Of a stretch of 64,000 nucleotides of DNA, positions 1 to 12,767 are shown one piece after another. The position numbers were made by a program, and so were the translations under genes. Numbering within the stretch: position 1 is the stretch's first letter; every line of letters begins with the position of its first letter. Origin of the DNA: Squalus acanthias (taxonomy: Eukaryota); the NCBI GenBank assembly GCA_030390025.1, contig CM059432.1:125118001-125182000 (forward strand), written 5' to 3'. The notes below the pieces were generated by a model that worked only from the letters and a program-made list of their open reading frames with translations, made no database searches and was not told where the DNA came from.

Positions 1-172
1 GGAATTAAATACGTGGGGTTACGGGGGTAGGGTGGGATATGTGTACTGTGGGGATTAAAGCAGGGACAGGGTACTGGATTTGGATGATCAGCCATGATCA
101 TATTGAATGGCGGAGCAGGCTCGACGGGCCGAATGGCCTACTCCTGCTCCTAGATTCTATGTTTCTATGTTT
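1..172 (+). mobile_element. CR1 LINE 3' end
   Basis: CR1-type 3' UTR (GATCAGCCATGATCATATTGAATGGCGGAGCAGGCTCG..GGCCGAATGGCCTACTCCTGCTCC) ending in TTCTATGT repeats; the same tail closes CR1 RT fragments at ~47.1 kb and ~53.2 kb. Confidence 0.85.
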
Positions 173-1005
173 ACCTCACAAATTAATGGAAATCAGTGCC
201 TCTCTTGTAAAGTACTATATGTCAGCACACTGAATCTCTCATGCCGTACTTGATTTGAGATTGGGCTGCTGATTCATTGTACTTATCGGCTCCAAAAAGT
301 GCCCATTTATTACAACAAATGAAAGTACACCTTGCTATAGTGAAACTGAATTTCCAGCTGGTGGGAGCAGTAAGACCTGGCTATTGCTAGATGATTTTTG
401 TGACGTAATTATTTTCCCCCTCAAAATAAGAGGACTGAAAGAATGCTTCAGATAAGTCTAAAATACACAAATTGTTGCTTCTGCTGATCTGCCACCCAGA
501 CACTTCCTAATTAGTGTTATTGTGGTCATATTCCCACTAAAGCACATTATCTGCATATATTGCATGCCTTTCAACTGTTACACATCAATGTAGTGTGGCC
601 ACCAGCAGGATATGTTTTCTCTTTAAATAAGTTCACTTGTGTCTTGGATATCTGCTGACATCTGTAGTCATCAATAGCTAGCTAAAATGTCAGCTGTAAT
701 ATCAAAGTTTGCTCGTAGATAGTAACACATTTAAACTTGTGTTGTGTCACTGTGATGGGAAATAGAATTGGATGTTAGGTTTACCAATCAGAGTTTGTGT
801 TTTTGTATTTAATGAGTTAGCTGACAAACTTCAAATCTGACATTTTTACAACTGGTTAATTCTACAGGAAATAATGAACAATGCTCGGATATTTAGAAAA
901 CCTGAGGAGAAACTCACTTAAACTAACTTAGCAAAAACTTCAGTGCACTGTGATTATTTACATTTGTTCGGTTGTCTTTCAGTTTAAACCGAACATCGGA
1001 TAGAA

Positions 1006-1066
1006 ATGGATATCCAGAAGGACTTGCAGCCTCCAAAACAACAACCCATGGTCTATATTTGTGGAG
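1006..1066 (+). CDS. POLR2K: RNA polymerase I/II/III subunit RPABC4/RPB12, first coding exon ([20 protein letters not shown])
   Basis: Acceptor TTTCAG at 977-982, ATG at 1006, GT donor at 1067. Translation matches the vertebrate POLR2K N-terminus. The non-coding first exon is presumably upstream of the window. Confidence 0.97.
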
Positions 1067-2079
1067 GTAATAATTCCAACAACTGGGATCACAATTGACA
1101 TATTTAATTTTGAATAACAAAAATATATTAGTCTGTTACTTCTTGGAACTTTAGTCAATTTTATGGTCAGATGAAGCTGGTGTTTTGTTTATTTACTTTA
1201 TGCACCACGAGAGCTCTTACAAAATCTAGAAGCTTCAAATGGTTTAAGGTTTAAGCGAAGACTCACCATGAATATCATATGAAATGCTCCAGCTTTAAAA
1301 CAATGTCTATTTGTTATATGGAGCTCTCTTCCAATATTTAATCCCTTGTACTGACTCAGCTCTTTTTTTTCATATACTATCAGATTACAAAAGCAGGTCC
1401 TGGCATTTCTCCAAGACATACAAGTTGCTTTTGTTTCCAAGTAATTAGTGCAGCAACGGGCACACTGCAGAAAATGCTGGCGTGTGACTTAGCTCTTTGT
1501 ACTGTATTATTCAGCACCATTGTTGAGGTTCCTCTCAAGGATACATCTCATCACCAGGCATGTTTGGAGACATGTAAAAACTGGCAGATTGTTTTGTTTG
1601 GGTCTATGTAGTTCCACTTGCAAGTTTGCATTCTTGCTCACTAGTTTTCCCCTCACCTAACACAGCTGTCCTCTGAATCTACCATGTTAAAATCAAAATA
1701 AAGAGGGCACTACTCTGGAGTGGCAGGACACAGGCTTACATCTCCAAATTGCCGGTCTTATCTAACAACTGTGGGCAGATACTGAGCAGGGAATGTTGTT
1801 TCACTTTTGGAAGGGGAGTATGGGTGGGGTGGGGCCGGGGAAAGAAGGTGAGTTGTTGTCAGGTTGGTTTGATGCACCTTTTAGTGACTGGCTTAAGAAC
1901 AGCATAGACAGCAACTGGGGAACAGATTGTTATAGTTGATGTGCCTGCTATAAAGGTAGGAACAGGAAACGTTAGGGTACAACCCTCGCCAAAGTTTGCA
2001 CATGTAATGGATGGATATTTCATTTTATCATGGTGGTTCCCGAGATTATTAACATTGGGTGGAGAAGAAAAAGCTTGTT

Positions 2080-2478
2080 AGAAACATAGAAAAATGGAGC
2101 AGGTGTAGGCCATTTGGCCCTTCGAGCCTGCTCCGCCATTCAATATGATCATGGCTGATCCTCTATCTCAATACCATATTCCTGCTCTCTCCCCATACCC
2201 CTTGATGCCTTTTGTGTCTAGAAATCTATCTATCTCCTCCTTAAATATATTCAGTGACTTGGCCTCCACAGCCTTCTGTGGTAGAGAATTCCACAGGTTC
2301 ACCACCCTCTGAGTGAAGAAATTTCTCCTCATCTCAGTCCTAAATGTCTTACCCCGTATTCTGAGACTGTGACCCCTCGTTCTAGAGCCCCCAGCCAGGG
2401 AAAACATCCTCCCTGTATCCAGTCTGTCTAGCCCTGTCAGAATTTTATACGTTTCAATGAGATCCCCTCTCATTCTTC
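2080..2478 (-). mobile_element. CR1 LINE 3' fragment
   Basis: ORF 2168-2473 (MRGDLIETYKILTGLDR...RRNFFTQRVVNLWNSLP) is the CR1 ORF2 C-terminus, followed by the CR1 3' UTR. Confidence 0.9.
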
Positions 2479-3347
2479 TGCCTTGTTGCCTTCAGTATCA
2501 GTGGAAATACCCTGCAATATAAATTGATGTTGAATTACTTTATAGCACTGTTGCTGATGATAGCCCTGATTTTAGTGGCAGAGCTGTAAAGGAAATGCAG
2601 TGGTACTGCTGCAATTGGAAGTACTGGAACTCGCCTAAATAAGCCAGCATAGCTATTTCCTGATCGCTGTCCTGCACGGACCTTGCCCATCCATCAGGGA
2701 AGGTCTGGCGGTAGGAACTGTGGAATGTTTCCAGTGCTGTGGAATCCACCCTGCAATAATAAGCACTCAATGCCTAGGATATTAAGAACTACTTCTAGAA
2801 CATAGAACTTGTTCAGCATACCATTGGATAGCTAACACGCTGAATACTTGTTTTCCAAACATTTGATTTTATGACATTATTAGGAAAAAAGACGCCCTAT
2901 TTTGGAAATAGTTAGAAGAATTTGTTAGATTTTGTAGAATTTATTAGGGTGTTTCTTCAGAGGAAATTTAATGAAATCTGAGCCATCGATTCCAGCCACA
3001 ACACCCAGAATATATCCAATTATGGAAATCTGAAGCTAGTTATCCTGCACATAAATGTATTTCCCTTAGCAAAACTTGCGTCCTGGATGTTACGTGCAAG
3101 AAAAAGAAATACTGATCCTATCGCTGTAATAAATCAAAGCTGTATGTAATGTGTCAGTGTTTCATTAGTTCAGATGCTTGTGGCTGCACTTTTATAAATT
3201 ATAACAGACATTTTTGTACAGTATGTTGGTGTAGATGCTGCACATGATGATCTATATTATAAGCGGAGATGCCGGTGTTGGACTGGGGTGGACAAAAATG
3301 AGAAGTCGCACAACACCAGGTTATAGTCCAACAGTTTTATTTAAAAT

Positions 3348-3383
3348 TACGAGCTTTCGGAGCTGCTGCTCCTTCATCAGGTA
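3348..3383 (-). ncRNA. Minimal type I hammerhead ribozyme motif (PLE pLTR)
   Basis: Minus strand reads TAC-CTGATGA-A-GGAGC-AGCA-GCTCC-GAAA-GC-TC-GTA: full core, 5-bp stem II, palindromic AGCT in place of stem III, TAC/GTA stem I. Confidence 0.8.
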
Positions 3384-3880
3384 GAGGTACAGTGAGGGAA
3401 TCTAATACACAGTATATATACACAGAGAGCGACTTGTCTACAGAGATACAATCCATCAGGAAGGCACTACATCAAAGACACATCAGAGCACAGCCAAGAC
3501 AATGAGGTGGGTCACAGGGGGTCCAACGTGTCAAATGCTGCTGTCTGCAGTTGAGCTCCTAACTTTTTTTTGTGTTTTTTTTTTGGTTGTTTTTTTTTGT
3601 GTTTTTTTTAAAACTGGAAAGACAGACAACAATGTCGCGTCATGTTCTGTAGCGTGACATGAACCCGAGATCCCTATTGAGGCCGTCCTTATGGGTGCGG
3701 AACTTGGCTATCAGTTTCTGCTCGATGGTTTTGCGTTGTCGTGTGTCTCGAAGGCCGCCTTGGAGAACGCTAACCCACAGATCCGAGGCTGAATGTCCTT
3801 GACTGCTGAAGTGTTCCCCGACTGGGAGGTAACAATCCTGCCTGGCAATTGTTGCGCGGTGTCCGTTCATACGTTGTCTC

Positions 3881-4582
3881 AGGGCCACAGCGAAAAACTG
3901 CATAGACCTCCTCAGAAGGCGAACACGGGACACAACCAACAGAGTACCCTACGTCGTCGAGTACTTCCCCGGAGCGGAGAAACTACGCCATATTCTTCGC
4001 AGCCTTCAACATGTCATCGATGACGACGAACACCTTGCTAAGGCCATCCCCACGCCTCCACTACTCGCCTTCAAGCAGCCGCCTAACCTCAAAAGTACCA
4101 TCGTTCGCAGCAAATTACCCAGCTGTCAGGAGAACAGCGACCACGACACCACACAACCCTGCCACGGCAACCTCTGCAAGACATGCCAGATCATCAACAC
4201 AGATACCATCATCACACGTGAGGACACTACCCACCAGGTACATGGTACATACTCATGTGACTCGGCCAATGTTGTCTACCTCATACGTTGCAGGAAAGGA
4301 TGCCCCGGAGCATGGTACATCGGCGAGACCATGCAGACACTGAGACAACGTATGAACGGACACCGCGCAACAATCGCCAGGCAGGATTGTTACCTCCCAG
4401 TCGGGGAACACTTCAGCAGTCAAGGACATTCAGCCTCGGATCTGCGGGTTAGCATTCTCCAAGGCGGCCTTCGAGACACACGACAACGCAAAACCATCGA
4501 GCAGAAACTGATAGCCAAGTTCCGCACCCATGAGGACGGCCTCAATAGGGATCTCGGGTTCATGTCACGCTACAGAACGTGA
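3881..4582 (+). pseudogene. 5'-truncated PLE ORF: linker + GIY-YIG endonuclease (open frame, no RT)
   Basis: Uninterrupted frame ...PPLLAFKQPPNLKSTIVRSKL...PCHGNLCKTC...SCDSANVVYLIRCRKGCPGAWYIGETMQTLRQRMNGHR...VGEHF...GH...GLN; the Cys-rich linker suggests the Neptune group. Confidence 0.85.
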
Positions 4583-4840
4583 CGCGACATCGTTGTCTGT
4601 CTTTCCAGTTTTAAAAAAAACACACAAAAAAAAACCAACCAAAAAAAAACAGAAAAAAAAGTTAGGAGCTCAACTGCAGACAGCAGCATTTGACACGTTG
4701 GACCCCCTGTGACCCACCTCATTGTCTTGGCTGTGCTCTGATGTGTCTTTGATGTAGTGCCTTCCTGATGGATTGTATCTCTGTAGACAAGTCGCTCTCT
4801 GTGTATATATACTGTGTATTAGATTCCCTCACTGTACCTC

Positions 4841-4876
4841 TACCTGACGAAGGAGCAGCAGCTCCGAAAGCTCGTA
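4841..4876 (+). ncRNA. Minimal type I hammerhead ribozyme motif (PLE pLTR)
   Basis: TAC-CTGACGA-A-GGAGC-AGCA-GCTCC-GAAA-GC-TC-GTA; predicted cleavage after C4873. Confidence 0.8.
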
Positions 4877-5480
4877 ATTTTAAATAAAACTGTTGGACTA
4901 TAACCTGGTGTTGTGCGACTTCTCATTTATATTATAAGCGCTCACCACTAATGTGACAGCTACAATAATAGTGTCCATTTTGTCAATAAATTATGTTAAG
5001 GTCAATAAATTATGTTACATTTTCACTTGGTTTGTAATGGTAGCCAGTTTGATATTTTGTTTGATGAGTTGTTTACAATCAGAACTTTCCTTTTAAGAAG
5101 CTTCATTTGTTACATGATCCTGATGGCAATTTCTAAGAACGCTTCATTCTTGAGCTTTAGAGGCCTTTGCATGCTTGTTGTGTCAAGTAGTCTTACTTAA
5201 TACCTGAGTTCTGAATGGCACCAATACCAGTGAATAGATTTGCCAATATAAACTGGAATTAATTAAGGTCTCACTGCCAAATGTCCAATCCATTCCTCCA
5301 GCTGACGTAACTTTTTTCAAAAAGTCAATCTTTCTGTGCATACACACAGGTAAGTACTCGAGCAACATTTAACAGACGTATGTGCATGCACATTTGTCTT
5401 AAATAAAATGATTCTGGCATCAATTTAACTGTGTGTTAATTTGAATACTAAGCCATTATTTATTTATTTATTTATTACAG

Positions 5481-5573
5481 AATGTCACACTGAAAATGAA
5501 ATTAAAGCCAGAGATCCTATCCGATGCCGAGAATGTGGTTACAGAATAATGTACAAGAAGAGAACAAAGAGAC
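5481..5573 (+). CDS. POLR2K: POLR2K second coding exon ([31 protein letters not shown]; zinc ribbon)
   Basis: Acceptor TTACAG at 5475-5480; phase joins the previous exon (G|AA = Glu); followed by U12-type donor GTATCCTT at 5574. Confidence 0.97.
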
Positions 5574-6540
5574 GTATCCTTGAGCAACACGGCATACAAC
5601 TATTTAATGGTGCCTTAATGTTCTGCTTATATTGCAAACTATATGGAGTACATACTGTGATCCAGGCTGGACCTGTCTTTATTATTAGAACCCTTTCCCT
5701 TGTGCAGAAAGTTTTGTTAATGATGCCTGAGTTTAGGCTTCTTAGATTGCGGAATTGTGATAGTGTATTAATACTATTGAAACAATTGATAACCACTACA
5801 TTGTAGTTTATGCACTACTTGTCTATTTACCTTTGTACCGTCATGCCTTTTTTATAAGGTTTACAAATGCCCATTATTCCCTACTTAGGAACAGTTTCAC
5901 TAATGGGCACAGGATGCTGGTGCAGGAAATGGAAACATTGCACTTAGCATTAGTGCAGTGGAAAGTGATCCTCTGAGTTTAAGGATTTGTAACATTGTTG
6001 TAACAGGGCAGAGAGAGCTTTACACTGTAGCTAACTCATGCTATATTTGATACACATCATGATATATTGATGTTCAATACCAGGTGTGGAAAAGTATTCA
6101 ATTTCCCAGAACTGCAGTCTTGCCTTAGTGGGCTCAAAATTTACCACACACCAAAAAACTTTGAACCACAAACTTTAACAATATTGAGACATACTTGTAC
6201 TGTGTGTGATACATATACGACTTATTGAAGCCTTTTTAATTTAATAAGGTTGCAGCAGTTGAGGTTACAGTAGCAGATAATCTGAGGAGTCCAACAGTGC
6301 ACAGATGATAGTGGGAACTCGAGTGCACGCCATCGCCAGCCAGATTCTGACACATTCATCTCCTCAGTAGCCTGTATTGAGATTGCCTGTCTCATTTGGA
6401 TGCGTTTCATTGCTACAAGAACAACTTAAATTTCTATACTGCTCCTCATGTAAAAGAATGTGGGAAAGGTGGACACCGAGCATGAAGTAAAGGAATTAGG
6501 TTGGCAGGGAAGGGGAGGAGACTGAGACTGAAGGTTAGGT

Positions 6541-7063
6541 GTCAGCCTTGGCTCCGTGGTAGCACTCTTGCCTTTGAGGCATAAGGCAGTTCAAACCCAT
6601 TCCAGAGATTAGAGCACAAAATCTAGGCTGACACTTTATGGCAATGCTGAGCAAGTGCTGTACTATAAAAGAAAAAAAGAAAGTCTTGCATTTATATAGC
6701 GCCTTTCACAACCACCGGACGTCTCAAAGTGCTTTACAGCCAATGAAGTGTAGTCACTGTTGTAGGAAACACGGCAGCCAATTTGCACACAACAAGCTCC
6801 CACAAACAGCAATGTGATAATGACCAGATAATCTGTTTTTGTTATGTTGATTGAGGGATAAATATTAGCCAGACTATCTGAGATGCCATCCTTTGGATGA
6901 GACATTATATCTGCTCAAGTGGACATAAAAGATCCTGTGGGATTATTTGAAGATGGGAAGGGGAGTTCTCCTAATGTCTTGGCCAACATTTAACCAACAC
7001 CATTAAAAACAGATTATCTGGTTATTTATCTCATTGCTGTTTGTGGGTCCTTGTTGTGTGCAA
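6541..7063 (+). mobile_element. tRNA-headed Deu-domain SINE, interrupted by an opposite-strand 3' fragment of the same family (~6667-6872)
   Basis: Head GTCAGCCTTGGCTCCGTGGTAGCACTCTTGCC and body similar to the intact copy at 36840-37322; the inner segment is the reverse complement of that copy's 3' half. Confidence 0.75.
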
Positions 7064-7960
7064 GGAGGGGACCAAAGAAGGAGCTGTTGGCACACCAGAG
7101 GTGATGGTGATGGTACAGGAGGAGAAATTCTTTGAAGAGATAAAATGGCAGCAGTGGGACATGTAGGACTAGACGGTGAGAGGGGGTACCATGGATGTAG
7201 ACTGTGGAATAGATGTAATGGTGGAGAAAGGGGTAGTCAGGAGGGTAGTGAAGAGTTCAAGAAAGGAGATCAAGCTGTATTTGCATTCACACAGAATGTC
7301 GTTGGTGACATTGACCAGTCTAGTTTGCTGTGTTGGGCTAACTGGGAGTCAAATTGGAGGGACTCAAACAGCAAGTGGTTGGAGAGTTGTCTGTGTAATT
7401 AGTTGGCATTAATGGCTTCAAGAACCTTGAAAAACGGGTGAATTGGGAATGGAGTGGTAGTTTGCAAGTTAGAAGGTATGAAGGTGGCTTTTTAAAGAAA
7501 GGATGATGGTGATTGTGGGTGAAAATGTCAAGAGCATGGGGCTTTTGAAGGAAAAGTTGGATGGTCAGGAGCTGGTTGCAAGTAGGTTGAGGGAATTAGT
7601 AATGGTCTGCATGGAGGAAATGAATGATGGCTGGACTGGAGATGGGAAGAAGCTGCAGAATGTAGAGATGGGGGACTGGGGGCAGAGTAAGAATAAGTGG
7701 GGAGGAAGCAGACGCAGCCAGTCAGTTGACCTTGATTTTAGAAATGCATTTAGGGATGGAGAGTGGGGAATGGAGGTTGAAGGAGGTAGTTTGTTGTGGT
7801 GAAGGGGATTAATAGAAAGGTTTAGATTTGGGGAGAGAGAGAGAGAGAGAAAGCTAGAGGTAGTCATGCTAGATCTTGCTGTGGACAACCAGGCCAGTCA
7901 TACACCTCTTGTATTTAGTCTTCAGCCATAGACCTGAGACCAAAGAGATGGCTGTTGTAC

Positions 7961-10900
7961 CAACAACAACAACAAAAACTTGTATTTATATAGTGCCTTT
8001 AATGTAAAACGTCCCAAGGCGCTTCACAGGAGTATTAAAAGACAAAAAATTTGACACCGAGCCACATAAGGAGAAATTAGGGCAGGTGACCAGGACGTCA
8101 GTTTTAAGAGCGTCTTAAAGGAGGAAAGAGAGGTAGCGAGGCAGAGAGGTTTAGGGAGGGAATTCCAGAGCTTAGGGCAGAGGCATCAGAAGGCACAGCC
8201 ACCAATGGTTGAGTGATTATAATCAGGGATGCTCAAGAGGGCAGAATTAGAGGAGCGCAGATATCTCGGGGAGTTGTGGGGCTGAAGGAGATTACAGAGA
8301 TAGGGAGGAGCGAGACCATGGAGGGATTTGAAAACAAGGATGAGAATTTTGAAATCGAGGCGTTGCTTAACCGGGAGCCAATGTAGGTCAGTGAGCACAG
8401 GGGTGATGGGTGAACGAGACTTGGTGCAAGTTAGGACACGGGCAGCCGAGTTTTGGATCACCTCAAGTTTACGTAGGGTAGAATGTGGGAGGCCAGCCAG
8501 GAGTGCGTTCGAATAGTCAAGTCTAGAGGTAACAAAGGCATTGATGAGGGTTTCAGCAGTGGATGAGCTCAGGCAAGGGCGGAGACGTGCGATGTTACGG
8601 AGGTGGAAATAGGCGGTCTTGTGCTGTGGATATGTGGTCAGAAGCTCATTTCAGGGTCAAATATGACACCAAGGTTGCGAAAAGTGTGGTTTAGCCTCAG
8701 ACAGATGTTAGGGAGAGGGATGGCGTCAGTGGCTAGGTAACGGAGTTTGTGGTGGGGACCGAAAACAATGGCTTCAGTCTTCCCAATATTTAATTGGAGA
8801 AAATTTCTGCTCATCCAGAACTGGATGTCAGACAAGCAGTCTGACAATTTAGAGACTGTGGAGGGGTCGAGAGAAGTGGTAGTGAGGTAGAGCTGGGTGT
8901 CGTCAGTGTACATGCGGAAACTGACGCTGTGTTTTTGGATGGTGTCGCCAAGAGCCAACATGTAGATGAGAAATAGGTGGGGGCCAAGGATAGATCCTTG
9001 GGGGACACCAGAGGTAATGATGCGGGAAGAGAAGCCGTTGCAGGTGATTCTCTGGCTACGATTAGATAGATAAGAATGGAATCAGGCGAGTGCAGTCCCA
9101 CCCAGCTGGACGACGGTGGAGAGGCGTTGGAGAAGGATGGAGTGGTCAACCGTGTCAAAGCCTGCAGACAAGTCAAGAAGGACAAGGAGAGATAGTTTAC
9201 CTTTGTCACAGTCACAAAGAATGTCATTTGTGACTTTGATAAGAGCCGTTTCGGTACTGTGGCAGGGGCGGAAACCTGATTGGAGGGATTCAAACATGGA
9301 ATTGTGGGAAAGATGGGCACGGATTTGGGAGGTGACAACACGTTCAAGGACTTTGGAGAGGAAAGGGAGGTTGGAGATGGGGCGGTAGTTTGCAAGGACG
9401 GAGGGCTCAAGGGTTGGTTTTTTGAGGAGAGGGGTGATGATGGCAGATTTGAGGGAGAGGGGGACAGTACCTGAGGAGAGAGAACCGTTAACAATGTCAG
9501 CTAACATGGGAGCCAGAAAAGGAAGTTGGGTGGTCAGCAGTTTGGTGGGAATAAGGTTGAGGGAGCAGGATGTGGGGCTCATGGACAAGATGAGCGCGGA
9601 GAGGTCATGAGGGGAGATCGGAGAGAAACTGGAGGAGATGTGAGTTCAGGGCTAGGGCAGGGGGGAACCTTAGAGGAATTTGGTCCGGTGGGCTAGGAGA
9701 AGGAAGGGAAGTGGCAGAGGCAGCTGAACGGATGTTCTCAATCTTAAAGTCCATGAGCTCCTCACACTTGTTGTCGGAGGTGAGGGTGGAGGAGACAGGG
9801 GAGAGGGGTTTAAGAAGAATAGGAGCCAGGGTTTATCTTTGCATTCCAGAATGATTCTGGAATAATGAGCAATTTTGGCAGACAAGAGCAGGACCCAATA
9901 ATGCTTTATGTGGTCCAGCCAGATCTGGCGGCGAATGGCTAAACCAGTTGTCCGCCATATCGTTCAAGTCTACGTCCCTTGGACTTAAGGGAGCGAAGAT
10001 GAGGGCCGTACCAGGGGGAGCGGCTAGGGTGAGAGAGAGTAATTGTTTTAATAGGGTCTAGTGCATCAAAGGTGGTGGTGAGGGTGTGGTTGAGCAGGTC
10101 GGTAGCTGCAGAAATGTCATGGTGAATGGAGGGCCAAAGGCTGGACAGTTGGGATTTCATAAGTGCAGTTGGGAGAGAGTTGTTTCCAGGGGCGGACACA
10201 GAAGGAAGTAGGGTTGGGGGTGATGTGGGTGGAGAGCGATACGAGAAAGTGGTCAGAGATGGCCTTGTCTGCGATTGACACGATGGGAGTAGCGAGGCCA
10301 CGAGAGATGGCAAAGTCGAGGGAGTGGCCGTGAATATGGGTTGGGGAGTTTACATGGAGGGAGAGATTATAGGAGGCTAGTGAACTCAGAGGAGAGAGAG
10401 CATGATGAATTGAGATGGAGGTTGAAATCACCGAGGATGAGAAGTCGTTCGGTGCGGAGGCTGAGGGAGGAGAGCAGTGAAGATATCTCAGTAATAAAAT
10501 TCTTATAGTACTTGGGTGGGCGGTAGAGAACAATAATTTTAAATGAGAGGTGAGAGGGGTGGAATAAGGTGAAATGTTCAAAGGAGGAGAAAGTGCCGGA
10601 GGAGTAGGGGGACAGACCAAGGTGTGATTTGGTGATGAGAGCCACACCTCCACCATAGCGGTCTGAGCGGGGCAAGTGGTGGAAGGTATAGCCAGGCGGG
10701 GAGGCTTCATTTAAGGGTAAGGTGTCATCACTCCTCAACCAAGTTTCCGTCAGGGCCATGATGTCAATGCAATCATCCACGATAAGCTCATGAATGGTAA
10801 GCGCCTTGTTCGCAAATGAATGGACATTCTAGAGGGGGATAGGGAGAGGGTCGGTGATGGCTGACCCACTGCCAGCGTCCACAAGGTCAGCGCTGGGGGG

Positions 10901-11072
10901 CATGTTGGATGGGGAGGAGATGGGCAAGATTTGCCCCCAGTGGGCAGGAAGGTCAGCGAGAGAGTAGGATGGGACAGTTGGGGTTGCTGCTCGTAAGGCG
11001 GCAGCGACGAGTGCCTCGCTGGGCCCTTCGTAGGATGCCAAGAGAGGCACAGAGGGAAGCTGTAGGCTTATC
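7961..11072 (-). mobile_element. L2-clade LINE, ORF2 (APE endonuclease + RT) and 3' end, frameshifted
   Basis: ORFs 10367-10780 (IDIMALTETWL...GGGVALI...LILGDFNLH), 9082-9588 (NYRPISNLPFLSKVLER...QSGFRPCHSTETAL...LLDLSAGFDTVDH), 8638-8961 (YTDDTQLY), 8186-8461 (LHWLPVKQR); (TTG)n 3' tail. Confidence 0.92.
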
Positions 11073-12767
11073 TAAGAACATAAGAACATAAGAAATAAGA
11101 GCAGGAGTAGGCCATCCGGCCCCTCGAGCCTGCACCGTCATTCAATAAGATCATGGCTGATCATCGACCTCAACTCCACTTTCCCGCCCGATCTCCATAT
11201 CCCTTGATTCCCCTAGAGTCAAAAAATCTAACTATCTCAGCATTGAATATACTCAAAGACTCAGCATTCACAGCCCTCTGGGGCAGAGAATTCCAAAGAT
11301 TTACAACCCTCTGAGTGAAGAAATTCCTCCTCATCTCGGTCTTAAATGACCTACCCCTTATCCTGAGACTATGCCCCCTAGTTCTAGACACTCCAGCCAG
11401 GGAAACAACCTCTCAGCATCTGCCCTGTCAATCCCCTTCAGAATCTTGTATGTTTCAATGAGATCACCTCTCATTCTTCAAAACTCCAGAGAGTATAGTC
11501 CAATTCTACACAATCTCTCATCATAGGACAGCCCTCTCATCCCAGGAATCAATCTAGTGAACCTTCATTGCCCCGCCTCCAAGGCAAGTATATCCTTCCT
11601 TAGATAAGGAGACCAAAACTGTGTACAGTACTCCAGGTGTGGTCTCACCAAGGCCCTGTACAATTGTAGCAAGACTTCCTTATTCTTATACTCCAACCCC
11701 CTTGCAATAAAGGCCAATAAGCCATTTGCCTCCCTTATTGCTTGCTGTACCTGCATGCTAGTTTTCTGTGTTTCTTGCACGAGGACACCCAAATCTCTCC
11801 CAACACCAACATTTGAAAGTTTCTCACCATTTAAAAAATATTCTGTTTTTCTATTCTTCCTACCAAAGTAAATAACCTCACATTTCCCTACATTATACTC
11901 CATCTGCCACCTTACTGCCCACTCACTTAGTCTGTCTATATCTCTTTGCAGACTCTTTGTGTTCTCCTCACAGCTTACTGTCCTACCTAGCTTTGTATCA
12001 TCAGCAAACTTGGATACATTACACTCAGGTCCCTTCATCTAGGTCATTAATATAGATTGTAAATAGCTGACGTCCCAACACTGATCTTGCAGCACTCCAC
12101 TAGTTACAGCCTGCCAACCTGAAAATGATCCGTTTATCCCTACTCTTTGTTTTCTGTCCGTTAACCAATCCTCTATCCATGCTACTACATTACCCCCACC
12201 CCATGAGCCCTAATCTTGTGTAATAACCTTTTATGTGGCACCTTATCGATTGCCTTCTGGAAATCCAAATATACTACATCCACTGGTTCCCCTTTATCTA
12301 CCCTGCAAGTTACATCCTCAAAAAACTCTAATAAATTTGTCAAACACGATTTCCCTTTCATAAAACCATGTTGACTTTGCCTAATCATGTTATGATTTTC
12401 TAAGTGCCCTGATACCACTTCCTTAGCAATGGATTCCGGCATTTTTCCGATGACTGATGTCAAGCTAACTGGCCTGTAGTTCCTTGTTTTTTCTCTCCCT
12501 CCTTTCTTGAATAGCGGTGTTACATTTACGACCTTCGAATCCACTGGGACCATTCTAGAATCTAGGGAATTTTGGAAGAGCAAAACCAATGCATCCACTA
12601 TCTCTTCAGCCACCTCTTTTAGAACCCTAGGATGTAAGCCGTCAGGTCCAGGGGATTTCTCGGCTTTTAGTCCCATTAGTTTCTCTAGTACTTTTTCTCT
12701 ACTTATATTAATTACATTAAGTTCCTCACCCTCATTAGACCCTTGGTTCCCCACCACTTTTGGTATG
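11073..12767 (-). mobile_element. 5'-truncated CR1 LINE inserted into the L2
   Basis: ORFs 12185-~12760 (SPGPDGLHPRVLKE...NYRPVSLTS...QHGFMKGKSCLTNL), 11565-12038 (KFADDTKL), 11170-11391; (TTCTTATG)n tail at 11073-11098. Confidence 0.92.

Larger units (their letters stand above)
3266..4927. mobile_element. Penelope-like element (PLE), fold-back insertion with ~590-bp inverted arms
   Basis: Arms 3296-3882 and 4340-4928 are reverse complements; ~30-nt unpaired tail at 3266-3295; flanking direct repeat TATATTATAAGCG at 3253-3265 and 4928-4940; contains a GIY-YIG frame. Confidence 0.92.

Noticed and set aside
4982..5017. 17-bp direct repeat GTCAATAAATTATGTTA x2
   Set aside because: Simple local duplication with no further structure
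5441..5806. 121-aa ORF as a stand-alone gene
   Set aside because: It is POLR2K exon 5481-5573 plus flanking intron read in frame
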